From contig CAWDSK010000004.1 of the NCBI GenBank assembly GCA_963804995.1, forward strand, positions 1 through 64,000: 64,000 bases of DNA, read 5' to 3'. This document shows positions 39,550 through 50,168 of the stretch, in pieces. The notes under the pieces were generated by a model, which was not told the origin of the DNA, did not search any database, and worked only from the letters and a program-made list of their open reading frames with translations. How positions within the stretch are numbered: position 1 is the stretch's first letter; each line of letters starts with the position of its first letter. Made by a program: the position numbers and the translations under genes. The DNA comes from an uncultured Acidobacteriota bacterium (GTDB lineage Bacteria; Acidobacteriota; Terriglobia; UBA7540).

Positions 39550-40356
39550 TCACGGCAGCGCTGGGGTTGTTGGGCTTTGGGGGTGATGGTTGAAGGCCTC
39601 CGCCACTTTGCATCCATGCTCATGTCCCCGCATCTGCCGCATCAGGTCATGGAGGGGCCAAACGTCTTTATACCAGAGGGTGTCGGCCAGCCAGGCCTGG
39701 TGCGTGCGCTCCTCAACTGCGGTGATGTCAACGTAGTGGGTGGGATAAAAGTTTTGCGTCTGCGTTCCCAATTCGGCTTCCATGTAATAGAGCGCAAACT
39801 TTTTCCCGCTCCTCAGCCAAGCCTCATAGGTGAGCAGCGAAGCGGCCCGGTGATCCATGTGAAAATCGATTGGCCAGTGGGTGAAGACGATGTCGGGCGT
39901 ATACTTGTCCAGCAGGATCTCCGTGAACTCCTTGTATCGCTGTCCGGAAATCTCACACCCTGCCCCGTAGATGATGGGGACGGAAAACTGGCCACTATTC
40001 GAGCCACCATAATTCAAGCAATCCAAGCGCATCTTCAGAATCTCTGCCATCCGCATGGAATTCAGGCGGTTTTTGACCTCACGCTTTTCGGGGTCCGCGT
40101 CGGGAGCGGGGGGCGGGCCGCCAGTTATCGATAGGGCCACCACGTCATGCCCCTGGTCAGCGTACAGAGACATGGTTCCCCCAGCGCAGGTTTGGGGGTC
40201 ATCGAAATGGCCGCCTATTCCAACCACACTCAGCTTCCGATCTGGCTCCGAACGTTTCACTTGGGCACTGGGCTTTGCCCCGGGCAGTAAAAAACCCGCT
40301 GCCCCTGCCAAACCAGACGATCGTTGCAACATCGACCTGCGAGTTAGCTTGCTCAT
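39550..40356 (-). CDS. PIG-L family deacetylase with Tat signal
   Basis: TRRSML, GGHFDD, PDIVFTHWPIDFHMDH and YVDIT. Confidence 0.88.
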   Translation of the reverse strand: MSKLTRRSMLQRSSGLAGAAGFLLPGAKPSAQVKRSEPDRKLSVVGIGGHFDDPQTCAGGTMSLYADQGHDVVALSITGGPPPAPDADPEKREVKNRLNSMRMAEILKMRLDCLNYGGSNSGQFSVPIIYGAGCEISGQRYKEFTEILLDKYTPDIVFTHWPIDFHMDHRAASLLTYEAWLRSGKKFALYYMEAELGTQTQNFYPTHYVDITAVEERTHQAWLADTLWYKDVWPLHDLMRQMRGHEHGCKVAEAFNHHPQSPTTPALP

Positions 40357-40576
40357 AGGTTCCTCCCTCAAGAAATCGAATGCAGTACTGCAAAATTTGG
40401 AATTGATTCCGCCTTGCCCCAGACTTCGTTCACAAACCTTACCCTTCACTTTCACAACAGTCCAGCAATAAATGGAGAGCCCTCATGGTATTCTGTAGGG
40501 CTGCGGTCCACGCTCTGTCTTAACGGCATCCGACGAACAATTCACTAGGAGAGTTTAGGAGGAGCAATTCAACAGA

Positions 40577-43500
40577 ATGAATGAAGTAAGGCCCTCAACA
40601 AGTTCGCTCCTTGATACGCTCGAACGCCGCATCGTGATTATCGACGGCGCCATGGGCACCATGATTCAGGCCCATAAGCTGGAGGAATCCGACTACCGCG
40701 GCAAGGAATTCGCGCGTCATGGGCAGGACTTGCGCCAGTGCAATGATGTCCTGAATATTACGCAGCCCGCCATCATTGAGGACATCCATCGGCAGTATCT
40801 GGAAGCCGGCGCGGACATCATTGAAACGAATACCTTCAATGCCACCGCTATTTCCATGGCGGATTATCGGCTGGAAGGCTTCATTTACGACATCAACAAA
40901 GCCGGGGCGCAACGGGCGCGGCGCGCGGCCGATCGGTTCATGAGCGAGAATCGGGGGCGCCCGTGCTGGGTGGCGGGGTCCATCGGGCCCACTAGCCGCA
41001 CGGCATCAGCATCGCAGGATATTGCCAGTCCGGCCTCTCAAGCTGTGACGTTTGACCAGTTGAAGGACGCTTACTACGACCAAATCCGTGGTCTCGTCGA
41101 CGGCGGCGTGGATCTGCTTCTGGTCGAAACCATTTTTGACACGCTCAACGGCAAAGCCGCGCTTTTCGCCGCCGATAAGTATTTCGAGGACACGGGCAAG
41201 CTCCTCCCCCTGATGGCTTCCGTGACCATTGCTGATTTGAGTGGCCGGACGCTCTCGGGTCAGACGGTCGAAGCATTCTGGATTTCGGTTTCCCAGGCGC
41301 CTCTCCTGAGCGTGGGGATTAACTGTGCGTTGGGCGCCAAGCAAATGCGCGCCCACATCGAGGAGCTGTCCAGGATCGCGCCGATTTTCACAAGCTGCTA
41401 TCCCAACGCCGGGCTTCCCAACTCATTCGGCGGATTCGATGAAACTCCTGAGATCATGTCCGCTGACCTGCGCGAGTTTGCGGCGAACGGCTGGGTGAAC
41501 ATCGTCGGGGGGTGCTGCGGGTCCACGCCCGCTCACATTCGCGCCATCCGTGAATCGGTCCGCGATTTCCCACCGCGCGTGCCCCCGGAAGTAGAGCGCC
41601 ATTCCCGGTTCAGTGGGCTCGAGCCACTGGTCATCCGCCCCGAAACCAATTTCGTCAACATCGGCGAGCGCACCAACGTGACCGGCTCGCCCAAATTCGC
41701 CAAGCTGATTTTGAGCGGCCAATTCGAGGAGGGCTTGAGCGTCGCGAAACAACAAGTCGAGGGTGGTGCGCAGATTATCAACGTCAACATGGACGAAGCC
41801 ATGTTGGATTCCGAACACGCGATGACGACCTTCTTGAACTATGTCGCTTCCGAACCCGACATTGCCCGCGTCCCCATCATGATCGACAGCTCGAAGTGGA
41901 GCGTCATCGAGGCAGGGCTGAAGTGTATCCAGGGTAAGGGCATCGTCAACTCCCTCAGCCTCAAAGAAGGCGAGGAAGGATTTAAGCAGCGGGCCCGACT
42001 GATCAAGCGCTACGGAGCGGGCATGGTGGTGATGGCCTTCGACGAAGCCGGTCAGGCCGATTCGACAGAGCGCCGAGTCGAGATTTGCACGCGCGCCTAC
42101 CGGATTCTCACCGAAGAGGTCGGCATCGATCCCAGCGACATCATCTTTGATCCCAATGTCCTTACTGTGGCCACGGGAATCGAAGAGCACCGCAACTATG
42201 CGGTGAGTTATATCGAGGCCACTCGCCAGATCAAGGCCACGCTTCCCGGCTGCAAAGTGAGCGGCGGCATCAGCAATATTTCCTTCTCGTTTCGCGGCAA
42301 CAACGCAATCCGCGAGGCCATGCACTCAGCGTTTCTGTACCATGCGATCCGGGCGGGCATGGACATGGGAATCGTCAATGCGGGGCAACTCGCTGTATAC
42401 GAGGAACTGCCCCGTGATTTGCTGAAACTGGTGGAAGACGTACTGCTGAACCGTCGTGCTGACGCGACGGAACGGCTGCTGGCCTTCTCCGAATCGGTCA
42501 AGCAGCGGGGACGGGCGGAAATCCAGGAAGACGCCTGGCGCCAGGGAAGCGTTGAGGAGCGGCTGAAACACGCCCTCGTGAAAGGTGTGGCCGACTACAT
42601 CGAGGCTGATACCGAGGAGGCCCGGCAGAAGTTGGGCAGGCCGCTGAGCGTCATTGAGGGCCCGCTGATGGCGGGGATGAGCGTGGTGGGCGACCTGTTT
42701 GGGTCCGGCAAGATGTTTCTGCCCCAGGTCGTGAAGAGCGCGCGCGTCATGAAAAAGGCTGTCGCCTATTTGCTTCCCTTCATGGAGGCCGAAAAGGGCA
42801 CAGATGGCAAAGCTCGCGCCGAAGGCCGGATTGTGATGGCCACGGTGAAGGGCGACGTGCACGATATCGGCAAGAACATTGTGGGCGTCGTGCTCGGCTG
42901 TAACAATTATGAGATTATCGACCTGGGCGTGATGGTCCCGTGTGAGAAGATTCTGCAAACTGCACGCGAGACACAAGCCGACATGATCGGGTTGAGCGGG
43001 CTCATCACGCCCTCGCTCGACGAAATGGTCCACGTGGCCAGGGAAATGGAGCGCGAGGGATTCACCATCCCACTGCTCATCGGCGGCGCCACCACCAGCC
43101 GGGTGCATACGGCGGTGAAGATTGCTCCCCACTTCCGCCAGCCCGTCGTGCACGTGCTGGATGCTTCACGCGCCGTCGGCGTGGTGAGCCAGCTCAAAAA
43201 CCCTGCATCGCGGCCGGCCTTCCAGGAAGAGAACCTTCGGGAGCAGGAAAAGTTGCGTGCCGCACATCGCCCGGCGGCACAGAAACTGATTCCATTAGCG
43301 GAGGCACGGAAACGCAAACCGCCCCTCGATTGGAGCGCCGCCAGTCTCCCCCGCCCCGCCTTCACGGGAGTACGTGCATTTCCCGCGGTGCCGCTGGGGG
43401 AGATTGTCCCGTATATTGATTGGACCCCTTTCTTTCAGGCCTGGGAGCTGCGCGGAACATATCCGAAAATTCTCAACGATTCGGTCGTCGGTGACAAGGC

Positions 43501-44309
43501 ACGCGAACTCCTAGGCGATGCCCAGAAGCTGCTGGATCGCATCGTGGCGGAAAAGCTCCTGACCGCCAACGCCGTGATGGGTTTCTTCCCAGCGAACAGC
43601 GTGGGCGACAACATTGAACTGTACGGCGACTCGTCGCGTTCCGGTGTGCTGACCGTGTTTCACACCTTGCGGCAGCAAATGGAAAAGGCGCCGGGGCATT
43701 ACAATTGGGCGCTGGCGGACCTCATCGCACCCAAGAAGACTGGCCTGGAGGATTTTCTGGGGGCTTTCGCCGTTACCGCGGCCACCGACATTGAACCGCT
43801 GCTAGCTCGGTTTCAGCAGGATCACGACAACTACAATTCCATTATGACGAAGGCCCTGGCCGACCGCCTGGCAGAAGCCCTTGCAGAGTTAATGCACAAA
43901 CGCGCTAGAGAGTTGTGGGGTTATGGCCAGGATGAAAACCTGACCGCCGAGGATTTGATCCACGAGCGCTACCGTGGCATTCGCCCCGCGCCCGGCTATC
44001 CCGCCTGCCCCGACCACACGGAGAAGCGCGAACTTTTCGACCTCTTGCAGGTGGAGAAGCATGCCGGCATTAAGCTTACGGAGAACTTCGCCATGTCTCC
44101 GGCCGCTTCCGTTTGTGGATTCTACTTCTCCCACCCGGAAGCAAAGTATTTTGCTGTCGGAAAGATCGACCGCGATCAAGTGGACGATTACCACCGCCGC
44201 AAAGGCATGGACCTGCGCAGCGTTCGAGCGCTGGCTCCGGCCTAATCTCAACTACGATCCTGACTTCCAGGAGTCACGCGAAACGTTAAGCGTCCCATTC
44301 GCGTCCTGA
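40577..44309 (+). CDS. metH: Cobalamin-dependent methionine synthase; apparent +1 frameshift at about 44224 near the C-terminus
   Basis: [30 protein letters not shown] and [12 protein letters not shown]. The conserved end ERWL.PNL.Y lies in the +1 frame (stop at 44309). As written, the ORF stops at 44245. Confidence 0.96.
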
Positions 44310-44339
44310 ACACGAGCGTAGGCCACACCGCAAAGAGGT

Positions 44340-44600
44340 TTAGAGCTTCGACTCCTGCTCAAGTTCGCCGATCACGGCGTCAGCCACTTCCTCGACGGAA
44401 CCTGGCCTTTCAAGCTTTGGCGTCCACCGCCAATGTTCCAGATATGCGTCAGTACCGGCCAGGCCTTCATTCATGGCAATCTTATCGATTTCGACTTGGA
44501 AGCGGTCGGGCATGGGGCGAGAGAATGGTCTTTTCCCTTCCCCGAACACTTTGATCTGTGCCGGGACGTGCTTCCAATAGAGAATTTGATACTGGGGCAT
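44340..44600 (-). CDS. Virulence_fact-domain small protein (corrinoid-cluster accessory)
   Basis: YQILYWKHVPAQI...DRFQVEIDKIAM..GLAGTDAYLEHW matches the family pattern as I recall it. Confidence 0.75.
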   Translation of the reverse strand: MPQYQILYWKHVPAQIKVFGEGKRPFSRPMPDRFQVEIDKIAMNEGLAGTDAYLEHWRWTPKLERPGSVEEVADAVIGELEQESKL

Positions 44601-44606
44601 TTCTCC

Positions 44607-45659
44607 TCACGCCGCCACAACGGGCTCAAGTTCTCCCTTACGGAAGGCCCGGAGGAAAGTTTTGCAATTGCGATCGGCCCCCAACAGCATATCGCGCGCC
44701 AATTGATACGGTTTGCCAGTCTTGTCCGCCAAGAAAACCCGTCTTAAATCGTTGGCGACGGGATCGACAATGCCGCTGTCCACGCCCGCTTCCACGGACA
44801 GATTGATGAATACTTCATTGACCAGGCGGCGGCAGGGGAGGCCGAAGGAGACGTTGCTCAACCCTCCGGTAAGATGAATTTTCTCGCCGTACTTCTCCCG
44901 CAGCAGGCGAATGGCCGCAAGATAATGATTACCGAACTGGATATCTACGGAGATGGGAAACACCAAAGCGTCAACGTAGAGATTTTCAACCGGGATCGAT
45001 TTGGCAAGCGCCGCATCGATCATCCTGGACGCGTACCCGATTCTTTCTTCAGTGTTCTGAGGCATTCCACTTTCACCCGCCGCGGTGATGATGACAGAAA
45101 GGTTGAGCTCTTTCGCAAGGTCCAGCGCTTCGATACGTTCGAGGGAGGCGGAATTCAGCATGGGGCGGCCGGTCTTGCCGTGGCAAGTTTCGATCCCGGC
45201 GCGGATGGTGTCGAGGTTCGAGGAATCGATAGAGAGCGGCACAGGCGACAGCGGCTCCAGTGCTTTCACGATCCAACGCATGGCGGCGATTTGTTCGCCA
45301 GGGCGGAGAGAAACTTCGTCCACATTGACGTCAAGAAAATCGGCCCCGGCCATGACCTGGCGCTCGACCAGGGTACGCAGATATTTCATTCCCTCCGCCG
45401 CAGCCGCTTCCACGCTCAACATCGCCGCGCGCACCGCGATGGCGATGTGTTTGACCCTTCCCTCCTGATAATCCTGCCGGGGCTTGATTTCTTCCGGAAT
45501 GATTAAGTGGCGAGTCTCTCCCTCCGTGGTTATGTACCGGACCGCTTCTTCGCCGCCCGGGGCCGCCGTAATAAACTTGCCGTCGCGCCGCAGTACTCGC
45601 GTGGTGTGAATGTTCTCGCCAATGACGATGAACTCTTTGTCTAAGCCGGGCAGTTTCAC
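44607..45659 (-). CDS. Pterin-binding methyltransferase (methyl-THF:corrinoid, AcsE/MeTr-like)
   Basis: IGENIH, FLDVNVD, SIDSS, MLNSAS and GGLSNVSFGLP. Confidence 0.88.
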   Translation of the reverse strand: MKLPGLDKEFIVIGENIHTTRVLRRDGKFITAAPGGEEAVRYITTEGETRHLIIPEEIKPRQDYQEGRVKHIAIAVRAAMLSVEAAAAEGMKYLRTLVERQVMAGADFLDVNVDEVSLRPGEQIAAMRWIVKALEPLSPVPLSIDSSNLDTIRAGIETCHGKTGRPMLNSASLERIEALDLAKELNLSVIITAAGESGMPQNTEERIGYASRMIDAALAKSIPVENLYVDALVFPISVDIQFGNHYLAAIRLLREKYGEKIHLTGGLSNVSFGLPCRRLVNEVFINLSVEAGVDSGIVDPVANDLRRVFLADKTGKPYQLARDMLLGADRNCKTFLRAFRKGELEPVVAA

Positions 45660-45760
45660 CTGTTCTCCTCTTCCCGTTGGGCGCGGCGATTACGCGAGAG
45701 GCGAGTATTCGCCACGTCGCTCCTCTCCCTCGAGGCCGCTATCTCGGAAAATCGTTCATT

Positions 45761-47377
45761 TCATGCACCAAGCATCGGTTTGAATTGACAACCCTCGACG
45801 AAGACTTCAAAAAAGTCGGAAGTCGTTTCGAGCTCGATATGCTCGGCGCGCTTGACGAACGCTTCAATCGACCGGCGTTTGCGCCGCGAAAGAAGCATCT
45901 GCTTGGCCCCCGAGATCGCCGCGTTTCCGACCTTCACGACGCGGCCTGCCGGCACTGGCGCTAGAAAACCGATTTCAATCGCGTTGCTGACATTAACGTA
46001 GTTAGCGAAACCGCCGGCCAAGTAGAGCTTGCTAATCTCCCCCGGCCGCACGCCAAATGTGCGCATGGCAATGAGTTGTCCGCAATAATTGGCCGCCTTG
46101 GCCTGAGCAAGATTACTCGCGTCTTCGCGCGAAAACGTGATGCCCTGCTCGGGCACAATCGGGACCTCGCGGGCCTTGTGGGCAAAGACTCCCTTGGGAG
46201 TCATCAGCTCCTGCCGCCGCAGCTCCGCAAGCAGATCGATCAGACCCGAACCGCAGATCCCGCGCGGCGGCACATCACCGATGGTGCGATGCTCCCAGCC
46301 GCCGCCACTGAGCCGCAACGCTTCGATGGCGCCGTCACCCGCCGTCATTCCGTACTTAATGAGCCCTCCCTCAAATGCCGGACCTGCCGGGCAGGAGGCA
46401 CAAACCAGGCGGCCGGCGTGGCCGACGGCCACTTCCGTGTTCGTTCCCACATCCACCAGCATCACCGTATCGTGCTGCGATTCGATATCGATGGCCAGGA
46501 GGTCAGCCACCGAATCTGCTCCGATATGGCTCGCAACGAGCGGCGCACCAAAGATGCGAGCCTTGGGATGGGTGAGGATTCCCAGGCGATGCGCAAGTTC
46601 AGTCAAAGCGGTGGATTGACGTTTGCCTTCAAGGACCTCGTGCTCGGTGGTCGACTTGTAGGGTCGCTGGCCGATGGACTGCACGTCGAGATTGAAGAAC
46701 AGGTCACGCATGGTGGAGTTGCCCACTACCACCATCTCGTATATTTCCTGCCGCGCAATCCCCAGTGTCCGGCACATTTCCTTGAGCTCGTAATTGACGG
46801 CGTTGATCACGCTCTTGTGCAGCTCACCGTGATACGCCCCGCCGTCGTAGGAAATACGGTTCATCACATCGCTGCCGCCGAAGCGCTGAGGATTTTCGAG
46901 GGAGCTGACCCACACCGTCCGGCCGGTCTCGAGGTCGACCAATTCCATGACGATGGTGGTGGTGCCGACGTCGGTCGCCACACCGTAAAGGCGCCCTCGG
47001 TCGTCGTCGACAACTTCACCGTCATAGAGGACTTTGCCGTCGCGGCGGGTGACCAGCGGGTCGATTTCGAATTCGAGCGGCGCAGCGGTGGTGAGGATCT
47101 TCGGATGACGGCGCAGCAGTGCGAACTCGATATCGATTGCAGGGTTTTCAATTGCGGCCTGGCAGGCGAGGCGGAAGTTTCCTCGCAGGAAACTTTCCGG
47201 TGGGGTGCGGGAACACAGGGCATCGTAGCCTTGCTGGATCTCCACGATGCATTCGTGGCAGGTCCCCTGCCGCCCGCAGGAAGTGGGGACGCGGACAGTG
47301 AGCTCGTCAGCGTAGTCGAATACGGTTCGCCCACGCTCCAGGGGACAGCGTCTGCCCTCGAAGGAGATGCTCGCCAT
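45761..47377 (-). CDS. Reductive activator of corrinoid enzymes (ASKHA/DUF4445, RACo/RamA-like) with N-terminal 2Fe-2S
   Basis: CGRQGTCHEC..RLACQ, DVGTTT, NPQRFGGSDV, DVGTNTE, AGPAFEG, GICGSG and YLAGGF. Confidence 0.92.
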   Translation of the reverse strand: MASISFEGRRCPLERGRTVFDYADELTVRVPTSCGRQGTCHECIVEIQQGYDALCSRTPPESFLRGNFRLACQAAIENPAIDIEFALLRRHPKILTTAAPLEFEIDPLVTRRDGKVLYDGEVVDDDRGRLYGVATDVGTTTIVMELVDLETGRTVWVSSLENPQRFGGSDVMNRISYDGGAYHGELHKSVINAVNYELKEMCRTLGIARQEIYEMVVVGNSTMRDLFFNLDVQSIGQRPYKSTTEHEVLEGKRQSTALTELAHRLGILTHPKARIFGAPLVASHIGADSVADLLAIDIESQHDTVMLVDVGTNTEVAVGHAGRLVCASCPAGPAFEGGLIKYGMTAGDGAIEALRLSGGGWEHRTIGDVPPRGICGSGLIDLLAELRRQELMTPKGVFAHKAREVPIVPEQGITFSREDASNLAQAKAANYCGQLIAMRTFGVRPGEISKLYLAGGFANYVNVSNAIEIGFLAPVPAGRVVKVGNAAISGAKQMLLSRRKRRSIEAFVKRAEHIELETTSDFFEVFVEGCQFKPMLGA

Positions 47378-47382
47378 GTTCT

Positions 47383-47625
47383 TTAGCCGGTCTCCCACGC
47401 TTTCCGATAGTCCAGCTTGTCATCGCCTGCGCAGAGGGGCAGTTGGCCGGGTTCAGGAGGTTTGCGCTTGTTTCGGCAACCGAACGATGCGGTGCATTGA
47501 TCGAGTCGATTCTTATAAGGGCATCGGCAGAGCGAGACCTGGTCGGCGTGGGCGGCGATGTCTGACATGATTCGGGAAAGCTCGTCCAGGCGCTTCTGAT
47601 ATTCCTGCGAATTGATCTTTTCCAT
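47383..47625 (-). CDS. Small Cys-rich hypothetical protein (80 aa)
   Basis: Fills the gap between the corrinoid and activase genes. Pattern CxC-x8-C-x5-C-x14-C. Confidence 0.75.
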   Translation of the reverse strand: MEKINSQEYQKRLDELSRIMSDIAAHADQVSLCRCPYKNRLDQCTASFGCRNKRKPPEPGQLPLCAGDDKLDYRKAWETG

Positions 47626-47641
47626 GGCGTTGTCCCACCGG

Positions 47642-48391
47642 CTAGACAGCCACGCCCATTAAGCGCTTGGCAAGCACCACGCAAGCTACGGCGTCCTTGC
47701 CGTAGCCGTCCGCACCCATGTCGTCAGCGAAATCCTGGGTGACGGGCGCGCCACCCACCATGATCTTTACTTTGTCGCGCAGATCGGCGTCAATAAAGGC
47801 TTCGATGGTCTTGCCCATGTTGGGCATGGTAGTGGTCAGGAGGGCGGACATCCCCATGAGCGGAGCCTCGTGCTCCTCCACGGCGTCGATAAAGCGGTCG
47901 GCCGACGTGTCGACCCCAAGGTCAATGACCTCAAACCCGGAGCCGCGCAGCATCATGATGCACAGGTTCTTTCCGATATCATGCAGGTCACCCTTGACCG
48001 TGCCCATGATAACCTTGGCGATGGGTTTGATTCCAGAAGCGGAGAGGATGGGCTCAATGTGCGCCATGCCCGCCTTCATGGCTCGCGCGCAGGCCAGCAC
48101 CTCCGGGACGTAAATGAAATTTTCCCGGAACTTGACGCCCACAATCCCCATGCCGGCAATCAGCCCATAGTCCATCACCTCCAGCGCCGCGGTCCCCTCG
48201 TCCAGCGCCTGCCGGGTGAGTTCATTCACCAATTCGTTGTCGCCGTCGATCAGCGCCGCCGCAATCTCCTGCATCCGGGGTTTGGACTTGGAGAATAAAT
48301 TAATGATGCGTTCGCGTTCTTCCGGCCGAGCGATGAACTCCTCGATTTCCTGCCGGATGACGTCATTCGACATGTCTTTCAGTTCCGCCAT
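47642..48391 (-). CDS. Corrinoid (cobalamin-binding) protein
   Basis: Cap domain GMGIVGVKF..YVPEVL, DLHDIGKN (DxHxxG), MSALLTTT and VGGAP. Confidence 0.95.
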   Translation of the reverse strand: MAELKDMSNDVIRQEIEEFIARPEERERIINLFSKSKPRMQEIAAALIDGDNELVNELTRQALDEGTAALEVMDYGLIAGMGIVGVKFRENFIYVPEVLACARAMKAGMAHIEPILSASGIKPIAKVIMGTVKGDLHDIGKNLCIMMLRGSGFEVIDLGVDTSADRFIDAVEEHEAPLMGMSALLTTTMPNMGKTIEAFIDADLRDKVKIMVGGAPVTQDFADDMGADGYGKDAVACVVLAKRLMGVAV

Positions 48392-48400
48392 AGGTTCATC

Positions 48401-49438
48401 CTAATTCTTGCTAGCGTGCCCCCGGTGCCAACTTCGAATCGCCTCCGGGATGGCCTTGAGATTCTCAATCGGGGTCTGAAGTGGGACGGCGCATTCCGGG
48501 CCAATCAAGGGAATACCTGCATCGAGGTTCTTGTAAACTTCCGCCCGCACTTCTTCGGCGCCTTTGGAAAAAAGTGTTTCCGGGTTGTTAATGTTCCCCA
48601 CCAACGCAATCCGATTCTTGACTACCGCCATCGATTCCGCCGGATCGTTCTTCGAATCGTAGTGAAACGCCGCCATCCCAGTCTGCGCGATGTACTCCAT
48701 GCGGTCAACCGTCCTCCCGCAGATGTGGAGAATAAGGGGGACCGGAAGCCGCTCCGCGAATTCAATGTGCAGGTCACGCAGATAGCGCGCGTAGTATTCC
48801 CCACTAACCAAGTCGCCAGTGGCGTGATCAGGAAGAGTCAGCGCATCGGCGCCCACTTCGATCTGGGCCAAGCCAAACTGGACAGTCAATTCCTTGAGCT
48901 TATCCAGACACAGCTTGGTCTTGCCGGGATCATCGAGGGACAGCAATAAGAACTGTTCGACGCCGAAACAGTGATAGCCCAGTGACCATGGCCCCATGGT
49001 CTTTCCGATAATCGCAACTTCGTTCCCAAACTCGCGGCGCAGGATTTTGATCGCCTCGATGACACATTGCGCATCAGGATGACTCAAGACATCCGAGGGA
49101 ATCCGGATGTCTTCGGGCTTTTGCCAGATGGGCTCTCGCATTTTGACGGTTGGCCAGTTGTCTTTCTGCTCCCACTGGACTTTGCAGCCCAGCGCCGAAG
49201 ACTCCTGGATGATGGAGAAGACCGGCATGATGGTGTCAAAGCCGAGCTCCGTGTAACTGGTGGCAGCCAGCCGCGCCATGGCATCGGCCTGGCGGCAAGC
49301 ATCCGGGAAGGGCGCATCGGCCAAGTCCATCAGCTCGACCGTCGCCACAGAGGTTGGATTGCATGCCGGGGTTCTGTCCACGGGCTCGCGCCGGAGGGCC
49401 GCCAGCACGCGTTCTCGGCTTGTCATCGGTGCCACCAT
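48401..49438 (-). CDS. MtaA/CmuA-family methyltransferase (URO-D fold)
   Basis: MTSRERV..DRTP, ESSALGC, MGPWS, Zn-ligand motifs LHICG and GPECAV, and GNIN. Confidence 0.9.
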   Translation of the reverse strand: MVAPMTSRERVLAALRREPVDRTPACNPTSVATVELMDLADAPFPDACRQADAMARLAATSYTELGFDTIMPVFSIIQESSALGCKVQWEQKDNWPTVKMREPIWQKPEDIRIPSDVLSHPDAQCVIEAIKILRREFGNEVAIIGKTMGPWSLGYHCFGVEQFLLLSLDDPGKTKLCLDKLKELTVQFGLAQIEVGADALTLPDHATGDLVSGEYYARYLRDLHIEFAERLPVPLILHICGRTVDRMEYIAQTGMAAFHYDSKNDPAESMAVVKNRIALVGNINNPETLFSKGAEEVRAEVYKNLDAGIPLIGPECAVPLQTPIENLKAIPEAIRSWHRGHASKN

Positions 49439-49451
49439 GTTCTTCTCCGTA

Positions 49452-50084
49452 TTACTTCTGTTGACTGGGCGCGGCCAGCACGCCGCGGGTACTTGTCATT
49501 TCCTCTTCGCGCAGAATTGCCCGGACGTTCAGCGCCCGGGGCAGCAGCAAACCCACCAGGGCATCGTGCATCTGAGCGCAACTGAACACGAGCCGGTTGG
49601 GATGGCCCTCCACCGAACTCATCTCGCCCAGCTTCTTGAGGCCTGCGACAACGGCTTCGATTCGCGCCTCCCTGCCTTCCTCGGGTCCATCGGCGCTGAT
49701 TTGGTACGCGCCAGCGCGCAGGCTGGTGACGGTTAAATTACGACCTGATTTCTTATCAAAGATGCTGAGAGGTCTAGGTTGGGAAACCGAATTGGACGCC
49801 AGCTTCGCTGATTCAAGGAAGAGCCGCCGGGCGGCCGCCTGATGAGCGGCCGCACAGGTGAAGTGGAGTCGACCGCCGGTCTGCTCTGTTCCCCCCAGGG
49901 TTCGCGCCATTTCTGTGACGGAGGCGACCCTTTCCTTCGCTGCGGCGAGACTGCTATAAGTGTGAAAGAGGTAATAGGACCGGCTGTTTTGGTCCTGCCG
50001 GTACAAGCCAAGGGTGATGTTACTGCAATGCGAGTCCATGGGGACAAGTTCGACGCGCCTTCCCAAGTCCTGCGTCCGACCCAT
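49452..50084 (-). CDS. Hypothetical protein, first gene of the corrinoid operon
   Basis: ATG 50084 behind GAGGA, 13 nt from the next gene. Two F-x-C-x3-H motifs. Confidence 0.75.
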   Translation of the reverse strand: MGRTQDLGRRVELVPMDSHCSNITLGLYRQDQNSRSYYLFHTYSSLAAAKERVASVTEMARTLGGTEQTGGRLHFTCAAAHQAAARRLFLESAKLASNSVSQPRPLSIFDKKSGRNLTVTSLRAGAYQISADGPEEGREARIEAVVAGLKKLGEMSSVEGHPNRLVFSCAQMHDALVGLLLPRALNVRAILREEEMTSTRGVLAAPSQQK

Positions 50085-50125
50085 TCTGCAGTTCCTCGCC
50101 TTCGATGGGATTTCCAGCTTGATGC

Positions 50126-50155
50126 CTGTCTGCTTGTCTGATAAGCTGACCACAA
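50126..50155. promoter_or_regulatory. Candidate FadR/GntR operator
   Basis: Near-palindrome CTTGTC-T-GATAAG (50133-50145) flanked by TGTCTG and CTGACCA half-sites, between the operon and the divergent regulator. Confidence 0.5.
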
Positions 50156-50168
50156 GAATTTACACTAA

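Noticed and set aside
40357..40576. SAM or cobalamin riboswitch upstream of metH
   Set aside because: No SAM-I core or B12-box motif is recognisable by eye. An Rfam scan would be decisive.
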